From: Carcharhinus amblyrhynchos
Taxonomy: Eukaryota
Length of the DNA: 64,000 nt
Reading direction: 5' to 3'
Assembly: GCA_965287045.1 (NCBI GenBank)
Contig: OZ336890.1
Location: 20,708,001 to 20,772,000, forward strand
This document shows, piece after piece, positions 1-11,500 of this stretch. A program made the position numbers and the translations under genes. A model generated the notes under the pieces. It searched no databases and was not told the origin of the DNA. It saw nothing but the letters and a program-made list of their open reading frames with translations. The first letter of the stretch is position 1. The number at the start of each line of letters is the position of its first letter.

Positions 1-1099
1 ATCGTAAAAAGGCTCAAGTAGTCCAGATCTTCTGCATATGCTCCAGACACCATTGAATACAGATCAGTGAGGTGAGGGAACAGTGTCCTGCCGGAATACT
101 CCCTCAAATCCCGAGAGTGTTTCCTTGCGTTGCTGTTCAGTTTGGGATGCTCGACAGGCAAGAGCGCCAGCTCTTTATCTACCTGCTGGATTGCTCTAAC
201 AATGAAGGAAAGTTGACTTGTATTCTTGAAACACCTGCCTCTCCAGCAGTGAGAATGAAAATATGTGGACTATTCCTGTAAAAGCACTTAATGCAAATAA
301 AAGGGGAGATCTAACTGCCTGGGCAATAATGGAAGTGGAAGGCAATTTATTTGTCAGGCACATCTGCTTTTGCATGTGTTTATGTATTGAATTATGCTTG
401 TACATACATAGTGGAAATGTGAGTGTAATTCAAAGTGCTTTCCTCTTTTTATGATGCAGTAAAGAGAATGAAACCGCGCTCTCCGTGGCTAGATGCTGTA
501 GTTTTCTCGTTGATCTGTGAGAGTTGTTTAGATAGGCATGCTTTGAATACATTTCTATACTGCAAATCTACTCATATCAGCCTTCCAGTACATTGCTGGT
601 GCTTCCATGTTCTTATTGTTGGAGCACACTGTTCTGGGAGACTGAATTTCACCAACATCAAAACTCAAGACTCGTATAACAGTCCCATCAGAGCCCGATC
701 TTAATTATAAGCTCATACAAACAGAATGATCACATGGGTTCATTAAGTGTTTGTTTGAGATATGATTTCCATGGTGATGACCAGAGGCCCTGTTGTGATT
801 GGCCATCCCCATGGAAATCTCGCTTAGCCAATTAGAAAACATGATAACCCCTCTCTGTCTGTCTGTCTGTCTCTGTCTCACACACATTTAATACATCAGT
901 CATGAGGTCATCAGTACGTTACCTGATGCCTTTTCATTGCAACTAAATCTCCACAGGAGCTAACATGGCATTTAAATGGGTAATTTTAGCTGTGCAATCT
1001 GGGGGCAGGACACACCTCGAAAGGCACCAAGGGGTTGAATTCCCACAGGGATTTTCCTGATTGTGTGTAACTTCTTTATTGGGCTGGAACACACGTGGA

Positions 1100-1700
1100 T
1101 GCAGGCTCTGCCTTATACAACCACCTCGCTGCTGTATTATCCTGCCTGAACATAGAGGCCAACTTTTGAAAGAGTTCACTCTACGCAAGGTAATCTGTAA
1201 TTTCTTGTTTTGAGATTTACAGATGTGAATGAAATATTTTCATTTGCAGGTTTGGGGGTGAAAGCGTGTCCCAACGTGCATCCCTCACCAATGGAAGATA
1301 CCGCAGCATCCGTTCTACAGGTCCTTTTGAGGTTCTTGGGCTTCAATCACTCCATCTCCTTCAGCACTATTTTCAGAATGTGTGCCTTGCGAATCACAGA
1401 CTTTCACTGCAGTAGATTCCGAGTGTTCCCTTGTGATTTGTTCTCCTCAGAGGCCTGTGATCCTGTGCAGGGTCATAATTCCACGGATGCTGGAAATTCT
1501 TCTTTACTTCATTCAGGGGGTTGTTCTTCATCTGGGAGCCTCATTAGTGAAGATGGGATCTTTCCCTGTCTGTAAGGTGCCACGAGGGATAATGAACGAA
1601 TACGGTGAGACTTGGTACTGCCTCACCATCCAAACTGTCCCCCCTTCTTTGCATTAACATAATAAGGGCATAGATATAGATACAGCGCAGAGCTTAACTC
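1100..1700 (-). mobile_element. Possible highly decayed Gypsy-like pol C-terminal remnant
   Basis: Minus-strand broken frames read SPYSFIIPRGTL... (resembles Gypsy integrase RSY...GTLRRNRSHL) followed by an acidic disordered tail; many stops and frameshifts. Confidence 0.25.
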
Positions 1701-2139
1701 ATAGATCACACTCTCTCTATGTGGGATGCTTTGTGGGTGAACACCCATCAGTCTAATTCTGCCTTTAGTAATTGGCCCTCCCATTAGATGTAAGAGGCGC
1801 ATGTTCCCATTTACCCTCACTATCAGTTCTTGATTTTAGGATTTTTATAAAGGACAAACTTACACGCAGACAACATTTCAGGCTCAACCACAAACTTAAT
1901 AATTAACAAGAAAAACACTCCTATTGCTCTAATACAAGAATTCTAAACTTGAGTAATGGTGCCACACATGTTCAAAACCAGCACTTATTAATAGAAGCCT
2001 TCACCGAAATACCACAGCCAAAATCCTACGTTCCTGCCCAAACCTTAACCAGTTAAACTCAAACCCCCTCTGCTGCCTTTAAACTATCATTAAACCTCAG
2101 CCTCAGTATCTCGCAGATCTTGCTGATACTTACAATCCC

Positions 2140-2186
2140 AGTAAAAAGTCTGACAACACCAGGTTTTAGTCCAACCTATTTATTTG
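2140..2186 (-). mobile_element. 47-bp Penelope pseudo-LTR fragment with 8-bp TSD
   Basis: agtaaaaagtctgacaacaccaggttttagtccaacc matches the other pLTR copies; ACAATCCC flanks it at 2132-2139 and 2187-2194. Confidence 0.75.
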
Positions 2187-2255
2187 ACAATCCCCCACAG
2201 AGTTGGTTGTTCTGGTGTGAGCTGTAGGTACCTGGATCAGGCTCACACTTAAAAC

Positions 2256-2630
2256 CATAGAATCCTACAATGCAAAAGGAGGCCATTCGGCCCATTGAGT
2301 CTGCACCAACCTCAATCCCACCCAGACCCTATCCGCTTGACTACCTCACTGCCGGGACCATGTGCCGCTATAGGTTCAGGCCAGGGTTGACTCTCTGTCT
2401 TATTTCCATAACTGCATGTATTTGCCCCACCTAGTCCCCCTGACACTATGGTTAATTTCGCATGGCCAATCATCCTAAGTCACACATCTTTGGAGTATGG
2501 GAAGAAACCGGAGCACCTGGAGAAAACCCACACAGACACATGGAGAATGTGCAGACTCCACCCAAGACCAGAATTGAATCTGGGTCGCTGGCGTTGTGAA
2601 GCAGCAGTGCTAACCACTGTGTCACTGTGC
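2256..2630 (-). mobile_element. HE1-type V-SINE (interrupted at about 2336-2400)
   Basis: tRNA-like head, V-domain (gtgtgggttttctccaggtgctccggtttc), CR1-like tail gattctatg. Confidence 0.85.
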
Positions 2631-2906
2631 CTGACTCTCCTTGATGACTGCAGTCCCGGAACCTCAAGCCAATATCACCACGATGTGGCTTAAGACACAA
2701 TTCTGAACGTGGCCTAGTGTTGAAAGTAGGCCTGAGTCACAGTCAGCAGTCTTGACCGTCCCTCTGACTGCAGTGCCCCACCCTACCACATTGGCCTTTT
2801 CATCACAAAACTTGATCAAAAATATCAAGGCATATTTCTCAGTGATATTATGTTTGGATGGTTGGTGCTGAGCACCTTTCCGATCTCTTTAATCTGGTTC
2901 CTGCCT

Positions 2907-3368
2907 TGGTTTGATGTGATTTGATTTGATTTATTATTGTTGTATATATTGAGATGCAGTGAAAAGTATTGCTTCTGGCACACCACACAGACAAAGCATA
3001 CTGTTCATAGGAAAGGAAAAGAGAAGATGCAGAATGCAGTGCAACAGTCATAGCTAGGATGTAGAGAAGGATCAAATTAATATGAGGTAGGTCCATTCAA
3101 AAGTCTGATGGCAGCAGGGACGAAGCTGTTCTTGAGTCAGTTGGTATGTGTTGTCAGATTTTTGTTTCTGTTTCCCGACAGAAGAAGGTGGAAGGGAGAA
3201 TGTCCAGGGTGTGTGGGTTCCTTGACTATGCTGGCTGCTTTTCAGAGGCAGCGGGAAATGTAGACAGAGTCAATGTGTGGGAGGCTGGTTCGTGTGATGT
3301 TCACAATCCTTTGTAGCCTCTTGCGGTCTTCGACAAAGCAGGAGCAATACCAAGCTGTGATATAACCA
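2907..3368 (-). mobile_element. Rex1/Babar-clade LINE 3' fragment
   Basis: (TCAAA)n tail and C-terminal ORF motif TNRLKNSF.PAAIRLLN shared with other copies. Confidence 0.8.
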
Positions 3369-3852
3369 GCCTTGGTCCATTCATCGCAATGTTGTTTCCA
3401 TGACTGAATCAATGGACTCTTCTAAGTGTGATGTCCCTGACTCCCAAGTTGATGTGTATGTGACAAAGTCCATTTCTCCTTAGCTGTTGTCTATGTTTGT
3501 TTCTATAATGACTGTTGCCTGGGGTCATCTGTTTCGTGTCTTTGAGGTGCTAATGTTCCAGCATCTTTACCTCGGCTATTGACTTGGTTTCGACATTGAC
3601 ACATTTTGAAGGTTAACCTCTTACAATATTGCCTTCCTTTGTATGTTGACGTTTGGCCTGTTTATTTACACTATGTCCATGAGGCCTTTGGAATTTTACA
3701 TTTAATACAAGTTCAGTTCCGATCCTCCCCCGCTACTTCAATATCTCAAACACTAGAGATATTACTTCCAATGACAAATCATTGGGGATTTTCACAGTAA
3801 GTTCATTGCAGTGTTAATGTAAGCCTACTTGTGACGAATAAATAAATAAACT

Positions 3853-3973
3853 CTTTTACAGCATTGCGTGTCCTGAAACTGTAAAATCCCACCCGAGGTC
3901 AATGGATTTTCCCATGGTCTGCTCTTCACCTGCTCCGATTCCTGTGGCGGGCGAGCCGGTAAAATTCTGGCCT
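3853..3973. mobile_element. Short MITE (PIF/Harbinger-like)
   Basis: aaaatcccacccgaggtcaatgga core also seen at 54330-54360; ends ccggtaaaattctggcc. Confidence 0.6.
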
Positions 3974-4162
3974 TTATCTCTCGCGTTCTAGGAATTACAA
4001 GCCTCGGCCAGATCGCTGCATATATCTTCGAATCTACTAGCCTAAGATATATGCCCCTTCATAACCATTTCTCCCAGATTTTGACATCCAGTTTTTCACT
4101 TCAGCTAACAAGGCAAAATGAATATATACAATAACATAACTAACTCTGCAATTTCTCAAACA

Positions 4163-4352
4163 TGAAACAAGTCTGAGCCAAGAAGGAATTTCAACGTTGA
4201 GAGGAAGATCTCACCAATGTAAGGATGCTACTGTTCATGACACCCCTGTCTCTAAAATGTGAAACAAGTCTGATCCAAGAGTGTATTTCAATGTTGAGAC
4301 CAAGATCTCACCAATGTGGGGATGCTATTGTTTGTGACACCTCTGTATTAAA
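4163..4352. repeat. Tandem duplication of a unit of about 97 bp (2 copies)
   Basis: tgaaacaagtctga...agatctcaccaatgt..ggatgcta...tgacacc occurs twice. Confidence 0.85.
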
Positions 4353-5300
4353 TACTGTCGCTGCGTCATTTATTCATTCCCTCTTCTCTTTTCCTCAGTC
4401 AAAGAGTGCCAGTTAATCCCCAATTTGTACAAACTCCCCTGAATTTTATCACCATAACTAAGTTTGTAAAATTGTCACATTTTCTTTAATAGCTTCTCAT
4501 ATAACTTTTCTTGTCTCTGCAGGATAGTTGTACCTCTGTAAAATGGAGAATGACTGGGGGTTATCTTGTAATGTTAGTCCTGGCACACCACCTTCCCTGT
4601 CGGAATTAACACTAACCTGTTCCTGGGTTGGGTTATGGCATACCCGACATCTGTAACTCAGGCCTTTAGGGACCCTGCTGGGGAATGAATTTCAAGTGGT
4701 ACCAGTTTGGTGGCATTAACGATGTTTGGGGACCAGACAATAGTCTAAAGTCTGAATCGAGTCCAATCTGGATCCAGATTCTTGCCATTGGTGTTTAAAA
4801 GCAATGGCTGCCCCCTTCCGGCATTCCGATCCCCCCACACATATAAAACTCTTGCTTCTTCTCCCACCATTTATCCAAACAAGATTTTGTGTCCCACCTT
4901 GCCCCAGGAAATGAATCTAAATGAATTGTTTCCCAGTCTCTTCAGTCTCCAAATACATCAGCATTACTCTGATCTATCTTTCGTAGCCACCAGCACCATC
5001 TCACTGGGGTGTTTGTCTAACACTCCAGGCGCATTGGCCTTCCCTCTTTCATCTGTACCATGCTGATTCTAATATTGAATCTTGGAAAGCTGGTAACCGG
5101 TGCAGTATTTGGGTGAATTTGATGCCAACCATCCTGGTCACATTTCCTTGTGGGAATATGCTTATTCCATCTGTCCCTGTGTCTTTCCCCCCCACCACGT
5201 TTTGGTGACCAGGATTATTGTTACACTCAGCCATAAGGTGTGTCCCATCCTGTACACGGATCAGTCTCTGCAGGAAAAACGCAAAAAGCAAAAAAAAAGA
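4340..5300 (-). pseudogene. Decayed retroviral env-like (SU to furin site) remnant, tentative
   Basis: Minus frames with W/C-rich segments ending ...EKR-(x)-INDAATVFNT, like a furin site plus fusion-peptide start; lies just inside the putative 3' LTR; many stops. Confidence 0.35.
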
Positions 5301-5837
5301 CTTCTGTGTGAGGAGTCATAAAATCATAGAAACACTAAAATGCAGGAGGAGGCCATTCAACCCATCGAGTCTACGCCAACTCTCCAACAAAGCATCCCAT
5401 CCAGGCCCTATCCCTGTAATCTCACGTATTTACCCTACTAATCCACCCAACCTATGCAACTTGAGACATAAGGGGCAATTAAATATGGCCAATCTACCTA
5501 CACATCTTTGGAGTCCTCCCCCCGCCACCCCCCCCCCCCCCCCCAACACACAGGTCAGCTTCTGGTTATGTACAGATTTTAAACAAAAGCAAGATAGTAC
5601 ATCTCTGTGGGAATCATTTCCCAGTCTCTCCTAGTCGCCAAATAAATCAGCATTACTCTGATCTATCTTTCATAGCCACCAGCACCATCCCACTGGGTGT
5701 TTGTCTAACACTCCAGGCACATTGGCCCTCCGTCTTTCATCTGTACCATGCTGATTCTAATATTGAATCTTGGAAAGCTGGTAACCGGTGGAGTATTTGG
5801 GTGAATTTGATGCCAACCAACCTGGTCACATTTCCTT
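4929..5837. repeat. Direct duplication of about 220 bp (4929-5149 and 5617-5837)
   Basis: tttcccagtctc...cctggtcacatttcctt present twice with only scattered mismatches. Confidence 0.95.
5317..5515 (-). mobile_element. HE1 V-SINE 3' half
   Basis: tcatagaa tail, ggccattc..cccatcgagtct, ggggcaatt.a..atggccaatc. Confidence 0.8.
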
Positions 5838-6439
5838 AAAATAGTTATCACAGTTCCGGGAGAAAATTTAAAACATACTCATCCACATGAAATCTTTATC
5901 ACAGACGCATTACGTCCCAACATTACAACTTCTGAAATGCATTAAACCACCAATTGTTGGAAAACCAAATATGAAAACAGACCACAAGGGGTTAAGCAAC
6001 TTTTAAGTGACGGAGAGAAATTAAAGGGACAAAAGACTCCCACACAGCCTCTCAGCATTCAGTAGAAGCATGCAGCATAATTGGATTTAACACTTCCAAC
6101 ATCCACTCACTGACAGACACTGAACACTGGAGCACAGACACACAAAATCAAACAGGACATTATAAAACACACAGACAGAAACTGAATCTACTCACATACA
6201 CATCACGCTTCTTTTACTGCTCACTCAGCATTTTAACTACACTGTGGGCATTTTAACTTCATTTCTTACTTTCCAGTAACCATTTTCAATGGCCCCAAAT
6301 TGGGGTCTCTCATATCTCCCGTCCCGTCTCCCAGGGATCTCTTGCTGCTCAGGGTTGGTAGGTGAGGAGACGTCTAGGGTACCCTGGATTAGGATGTCTG
6401 GCTGCTCCTTCTTACCGCCCTACTGTTTGTGTCCTCATT

Positions 6440-7288
6440 ATCAAAGATGCCAAGAGACAGTTCCGGACTAGAGTCCCAGGCTAGCCACACCGACACCCAT
6501 CAATTATGGCAAGGTCCACACGACATAGTATGTACCATCGCTGGCAAATGTGCACCCTTCCCTGATGAGCTTAATGCATTCTATGCCCATTTGGAACAAG
6601 AGGTCAGCAAGAAGACCTCAGTCACCCTGGAAGCCTTGGCTGAACCAGTATCTAAGGTCACCATCACAGATGTTAGATCAGCCTTCTTGAAAGTTAACCC
6701 ACGGAAAGTGTCCGGCGTGACGGGGTAGCCAAATGAGCACTCAGATCCTGTGTGGACCAGACAGAGGGGGTCTTCGCAGGGATCTCTAACCTCTCTTTGA
6801 TACCGACTTGAGGTCCTTACCTGCTTTGAGAAGACAAACAATCATCCCTGTACCAAAGAAGAGCCAGGTAGCGTGCCTCAATGACTACTGCCCAGTGGCT
6901 CTGAAATGCCATTATGAAATGCTTCAAAAGGTTAATCATAGCCTGCATCAACTGCAATCTCCCAGCTTGCCCGGATCCATTACAGTGCGCTTGTCACTGC
7001 AACAGGTCCACTGCAGATGCCATATCCCTACATCAACTCTGGAACACCTGATACTTATGTCAGACTCCAATTTATTGACTACAGCTCAGCCTTCAACACC
7101 ATTATTCCTACAAAATTCATCTCCAAACTCTGTGGCCTAGGGCTCAGCTCCTCCCTCTCTGACTGGATCCTAGACTTTCTAATCCATAGACTGCAATCAG
7201 TAAGGATAGACAACAACACCTCATCCACGATCATCCTCAACACCGGTGCCCCATAAGGCTGTGTCCTTAGCCCCTTACTATACTCCTG
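6440..7288 (+). mobile_element. Rex1/Babar LINE reverse transcriptase fragment (frameshifted)
   Basis: ORFs give [71 protein letters not shown]. Confidence 0.9.
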
Positions 7289-7289
7289 A

Positions 7290-7682
7290 AAATGCCAGGC
7301 TGGCACAGCTAGGAATCCAGATTGCCACCCTGCTCCCCCTCACCACCCAGGGAGCCTCAACGGCCTTCGGTGCCACCGGCGAAGCCATCATATCTGGTCC
7401 TTGTTGATGGGGATCATACGTGAACCTTGCTGGTGAGGATGTTCACCAACGAGGCTGCAAAAGCAAGTGAGCCCAGTGATTATATCCCGGGCTCACTAAT
7501 AATATTTAAACACAAATTAACATGGATTTAAATGTTGTGATCAGCCTGATCTCGCTGGAAATTTAGGTTGGTGAGATCGCGAGAGGCGAGAAACTGGGCG
7601 CGAACCTGATTTTTGGCCTCTCGAGTGATCTTACCGGCTTGCCCGTCCCATCAACTGGCTGGAAGAGAGGGTAAGGTCCCCC
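7290..7682. mobile_element. Harbinger-like non-autonomous element end
   Basis: GC-rich end with gatcttaccgg...ggtaaggtccc terminal structure; related to 47850-48260. Confidence 0.5.
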
Positions 7683-7699
7683 ACCCCCATCGCCCATCT

Positions 7700-8000
7700 G
7701 ATTACCATCTCTTAAAGATAAAGGGACATACTTCTATCTCCTCTCAAGACCCTTGGCTATAATGGCCTAGACAGATGAGTATCTTTTCCCAACCTCCTTT
7801 GAAATATCCTTCTGAGGGTTCAAAGCTAGGCTGCCTGCCTACCAGGAGGCATCCTTCTGGAGTTACTTGCTTTTTTGGTAGTTAATAAACTTATTCTATC
7901 TTAACTCAAGAAATCCTGGTTGAATTGGCTCCTTTTCAAACATAACTATTCGGGTCTGAAAAAGATACCCAAGAGGAACAAGACCTTGTTAGATTAAAAC
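7700..8000 (+). mobile_element. LTR-like fragment
   Basis: U3/R-like composition with ttaataaacttattct polyA signal. Confidence 0.4.
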
Positions 8001-8039
8001 TTTCTTGTTACCTCCCATTTGAATAAGAACACAGAGAGC

Positions 8040-8945
8040 CAATCACCTCTCTTCACCCGGGGCTTGTGGCAATTAGGGAATATCCCAGTTGGATGATGAC
8101 AAATTGAGGGGTCTTGCCCAGATCAATAGCTTTTGGGGAACCCCACTTGGGGCTTCTCATTGTATAAACAACCCTGATCATCAGACTCTTTCCTCACTTC
8201 ATCCCAATCTATACTCCCTTTTCCTGGCTATATCCAGACCTCTGATAATGCTAGGACCTATGGCCAGCCTCTTCATATTCCCAACTCTGTGCCATCCTGT
8301 AAGCTGCCTTAACATCTTCCAGTTGCCCCTCAGGCCTCGCTGGCCCTCTCCAGATTGCTGGCACATTGCTCCTGTGAGTCTGGCACTGCCTCCCTGGCAT
8401 TGTAAATATTCTATTGCACTCCTTGATGTCACCTCCTACACTCTCCTCTCTTGCCCTTCGCTGCTTAATTTTGCCACCAGCTGATCCATCACGGCTTCTC
8501 TATCATTTATCCTGTTCTCCCACTTCTCCATTGTCCAGTTCTCCTACTCATCTATTGTCTGGTTGTCCTTTTCCTTCATTGTCCGGTTCTCCCACTTTTC
8601 CATTGTCCTGTTCTCCCACTCCTCCATTGTCCAGTTCTCCCACTCTTCCATTACCATGGTCCCCACTCCTCCATTGTCTGGTTCTCCTGCTCCTTCATTG
8701 TCCGGTTCTCCCACTTTTCCATTGTCCCTTCTCCCACTCCTCCTTTTCCTCCTATACCTGCTTCTGTTGCTCTGTTCAAACTTTGTTTTGTCTCCACAAA
8801 CACAGTAACCAAACTGCCTTTGATTTCTTCTGTGTGCTGCTATCTGCACATTCTGCTATCTGTTTGTCTGGACAGTGAGCGGCATCAGCTCTTGTGACCA
8901 TGATGCAAAAAGATCCCATTTACATCCATTTATTCTTCCTGCCAT
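8040..8945 (-). pseudogene. Decayed retroviral gag-like N-terminal region
   Basis: ATG at 8945 directly after the LTR-like copy; broken frames read MAGRINGCKWDLF..., KKSKAVWLLCLWRQ, coiled-coil EEKEEWEK, LEDVKAAYRMAQ, SIDWDEVRKE. Confidence 0.5.
8510..8742. repeat. 24-bp minisatellite (about 9 copies)
   Basis: Unit cattgtcc(a/g/t)gttctcccactcttc; translates on the minus strand as EEWENRTM repeats. Confidence 0.9.
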
Positions 8946-9562
8946 TCTAACATTTTATAAAGGAGAAACTTACACTAACATGAGGTTTAGGCTCAATCAC
9001 AAACTTAATTATTAACAACAAAAATTACCCTGAATGCTCTAATACAAGAGCTCTAAACTGGTGTAGTGATGCTGCACAGTGCACAAAACCACCACTTTAT
9101 TAATTAAAATCTTCACTGAAAAACCACAGGAAAAAGCCCACGGTTCTGCCCAAACCTCAACTCAAACCTCCTCAGGGTTTAATTGTTACCTTCAAACTAT
9201 CTTTAAACCTCAGCCCCAATATTCTTGGGATCTGACTGATACAACTCCTACATGGTTGGTGCGAGAGCTGTAGGTTCATTCTGTTTGAAGGATGGGTGCT
9301 GACTTTTCAATCTCTTCTAGCCTGGTTCCCACCTTGGTCCAGACAAACCCATTCCTCGCCATGTTGTTTCCAGGCAATGGATCCCATTCAGGTGTGATGC
9401 CTCTGGCTCCCAAATATGTGATAATCTCCATTTCTCCCTAGCTGTTGCCCAGATTTCTTTGTATAATTGTTGTCTGGGGCTATCTGTTTTGTGTCTTTAG
9501 GAGGATAATGTCCCAGAGCCTTTACCTAGAGTCAACTCAGTTTTGGTATTGAGGTGCTTTCA

Positions 9563-10414
9563 AGAATCACAGATTACTACATTGCAGAAGAGGCCCTTCA
9601 GCCCATTGAGTCTGCACTGACACATGAAATGCCCTGACCTGCCCACTTAATCCCACTTGCCAGAACTTGGCCCATAGCCTTGAATTTTATGGTGTGCCAA
9701 GAATCTCACCAACTTACACACATGCACCTTAGAAAGCATTCTTTCTGGTTGTATCACAGCTTGGTATGGCTCCTGCTCTGCCCAAGATCACAAAGAACTA
9801 CAAATGGTCATGAACGTAGCCCAATCCATCTCGCAAACCAGCCTCCCATCTATTGACTCTGTCTACACTACCCACTGCCTCAGCAAAGCAAAGGACACCA
9901 TGCACCCCGTCATTCTCTCTTTCACCTTCTTCCATCGGGAAAAAGATACAAAAGTCTGAGGTCACGTACCAACTGACTCAAGAACAGCTTCTTCTCTGTT
10001 GCTGTCAGACTTTTGAATGGACTTACCTTGCATTAAGTTGATCTTTCTCTACACCTTACTCATGACTGTAACACGACATTCTGCACTCTCTTGGTCCTTC
10101 TCTATGAACGGTATGTTTTGTCTGTATAGCGTGCAAGAAACAAAACCTTTCACTGTATGCTAATACATGTGACAATAATAAATCAAATCAAATCAAATCA
10201 AGTTCTCATCCAGGTACTTTTTAAAGGATGTGAGGCATCCCACCTCCATCATCTTCCCAGGCAGCGCATTCCAGGCCATCACCGTCCTTTGAGGAGAAAA
10301 GTTTTTCCTCAAATCCCCCCTAAACCTCCACCCCTCACTTTTAACTTATGTACCCTCATAACTGACCCTTCAACTGAGATGAACTGCTGCTCCCTATCCA
10401 TGCCCTCATAATCT
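9563..10414 (-). mobile_element. CR1 LINE 3' fragment split by a Rex1 insertion
   Basis: ...tgtgccaag (9700) resumes as ttctcatccagg (10202), contiguous in the related copy at 20390-20410. Confidence 0.8.
9703..10201 (+). mobile_element. Rex1/Babar LINE 3' fragment
   Basis: NFYTCT.ESILSGCITAWYGS-like reading; aataaatcaaatcaaatcaaatca tail. Confidence 0.85.
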
Positions 10415-10659
10415 TGCTTTGGAGATTAATCCCTTAGAGTGCAGCCTTCCTTTAGGTGTTGAAGTTTGGCCTGTTTATTTGCACTGTGGGGCTTTTAAGG
10501 GTTTTATATTTAATACAAGTCCAGTTGGAGGGAATTCCAATCCTACTTCAGCATTTCAAGTGAATGATGCCCTTAACCTTGGTACTCAAACACAATGGTA
10601 GAACTTCCAGCATAACAAGCAGAGAAAAATCTGGAAGGAAAATGAACAAAAAGTGATAA

Positions 10660-11500
10660 ATACCTCAGCCTCAGGTTACACAAACACGGATATTTCTTTC
10701 CCCAAATCAATTTGACGTGTATGAATAGACGGGGGATTGAGGTGAAGTAATAATATGCTGATGTAAATTCACCCGACTACTCGAGTCTAAACAGTGCCTT
10801 CATCTGGCTTTTTACGATGGAATTGAATCAAGTCCTGGTTCCCTCTGGATTATAAAGCTCTATGTAAATAGTACAATAGAGGTTGGAGGTGAGTGACTCG
10901 CTGCTTTAGCTCCGATGAATTAACTCAATGAATTTATTTTCTAGACAGGTTTTGTGTGCGGTCCCCTGCATTCTGAACACCCCCAAACCGCGTTCCCCCC
11001 CCCCCCACCCCATCTTACACTCCACCGCCCCCCCCGCACAGGCAAACACATCTCAGCTGCTTTATTAGGCTGTCGAGAGGCTGTTATAAATCTCACAATC
11101 TGTTTGACCTGCGGCTTCCACACCGCTCCTGTCTTCTGTAACAGGCCTGGAAGCAAGGCATGATGGATGCAGACTCAGCATGAGACTTCCCTTCAGAGCT
11201 CTCCAAACAGGCCAGGTTGGGAAGGCGAATATTGGCTTGTTTTGGCACATGGGATAAAATATTGTAAGCTGCTCCCCTTTTAGCTATTTGTCTTCCGCGG
11301 TCTCCTAAATGAAGGAAAATTGAGCAATTTGCGTGTTGCGGGCTCTTTAGTGTGCTGTAAACTGTGTGAAGACATTTGAATAATTTAAGACGGTGGCAGG
11401 TTGGTGTTCCTTTGAGGAAGGTTGTAAGGATTGGCTGTGTACAGACTCACTGTGGGAGCCTGCTGTACAATACCCAGCCTGACGTAAATCATCCTGTCAC
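10660..11500. promoter_or_regulatory. Repeat-free candidate conserved non-coding element
   Basis: No repeat signature; TTTTACGA (posterior Hox/Cdx-like), TGTAAATA (Fox), TGACTCA-like and TGACGT sites; conservation untested. Confidence 0.3.

Larger units (their letters stand above)
1843..3752 (-). mobile_element. LTR-like repeat copy A (putative 3' LTR), interrupted by a PLE fragment, HE1 SINE and Rex1 LINE
   Basis: Colinear similarity to 8953-10592 (e.g. ttttataaagga.aaacttacac; aggctcaa.cacaaacttaat; gtttggcctgtttattt); both copies begin TGTTTGAG on the minus strand. Confidence 0.65.
8953..10592 (-). mobile_element. LTR-like repeat copy B (putative 5' LTR), interrupted by CR1 and Rex1
   Basis: Colinear with 1843-3752; AATAAA on the minus strand (plus-strand tttatt near 9095-9100); TG start at 10592. 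Confidence 0.65.

Noticed and set aside
1140-1575. Possible plus-strand exon pair around a GT..AG at 1190-1249, and the 121-aa ORF
   Set aside because: The 60-nt intron is very short, the best upstream frame hits a stop right after the junction, and no product is recognisable
8510-8742. CRISPR-like periodic array
   Set aside because: Contiguous 24-bp tandem units with no unique spacers, no cas genes and a eukaryotic context
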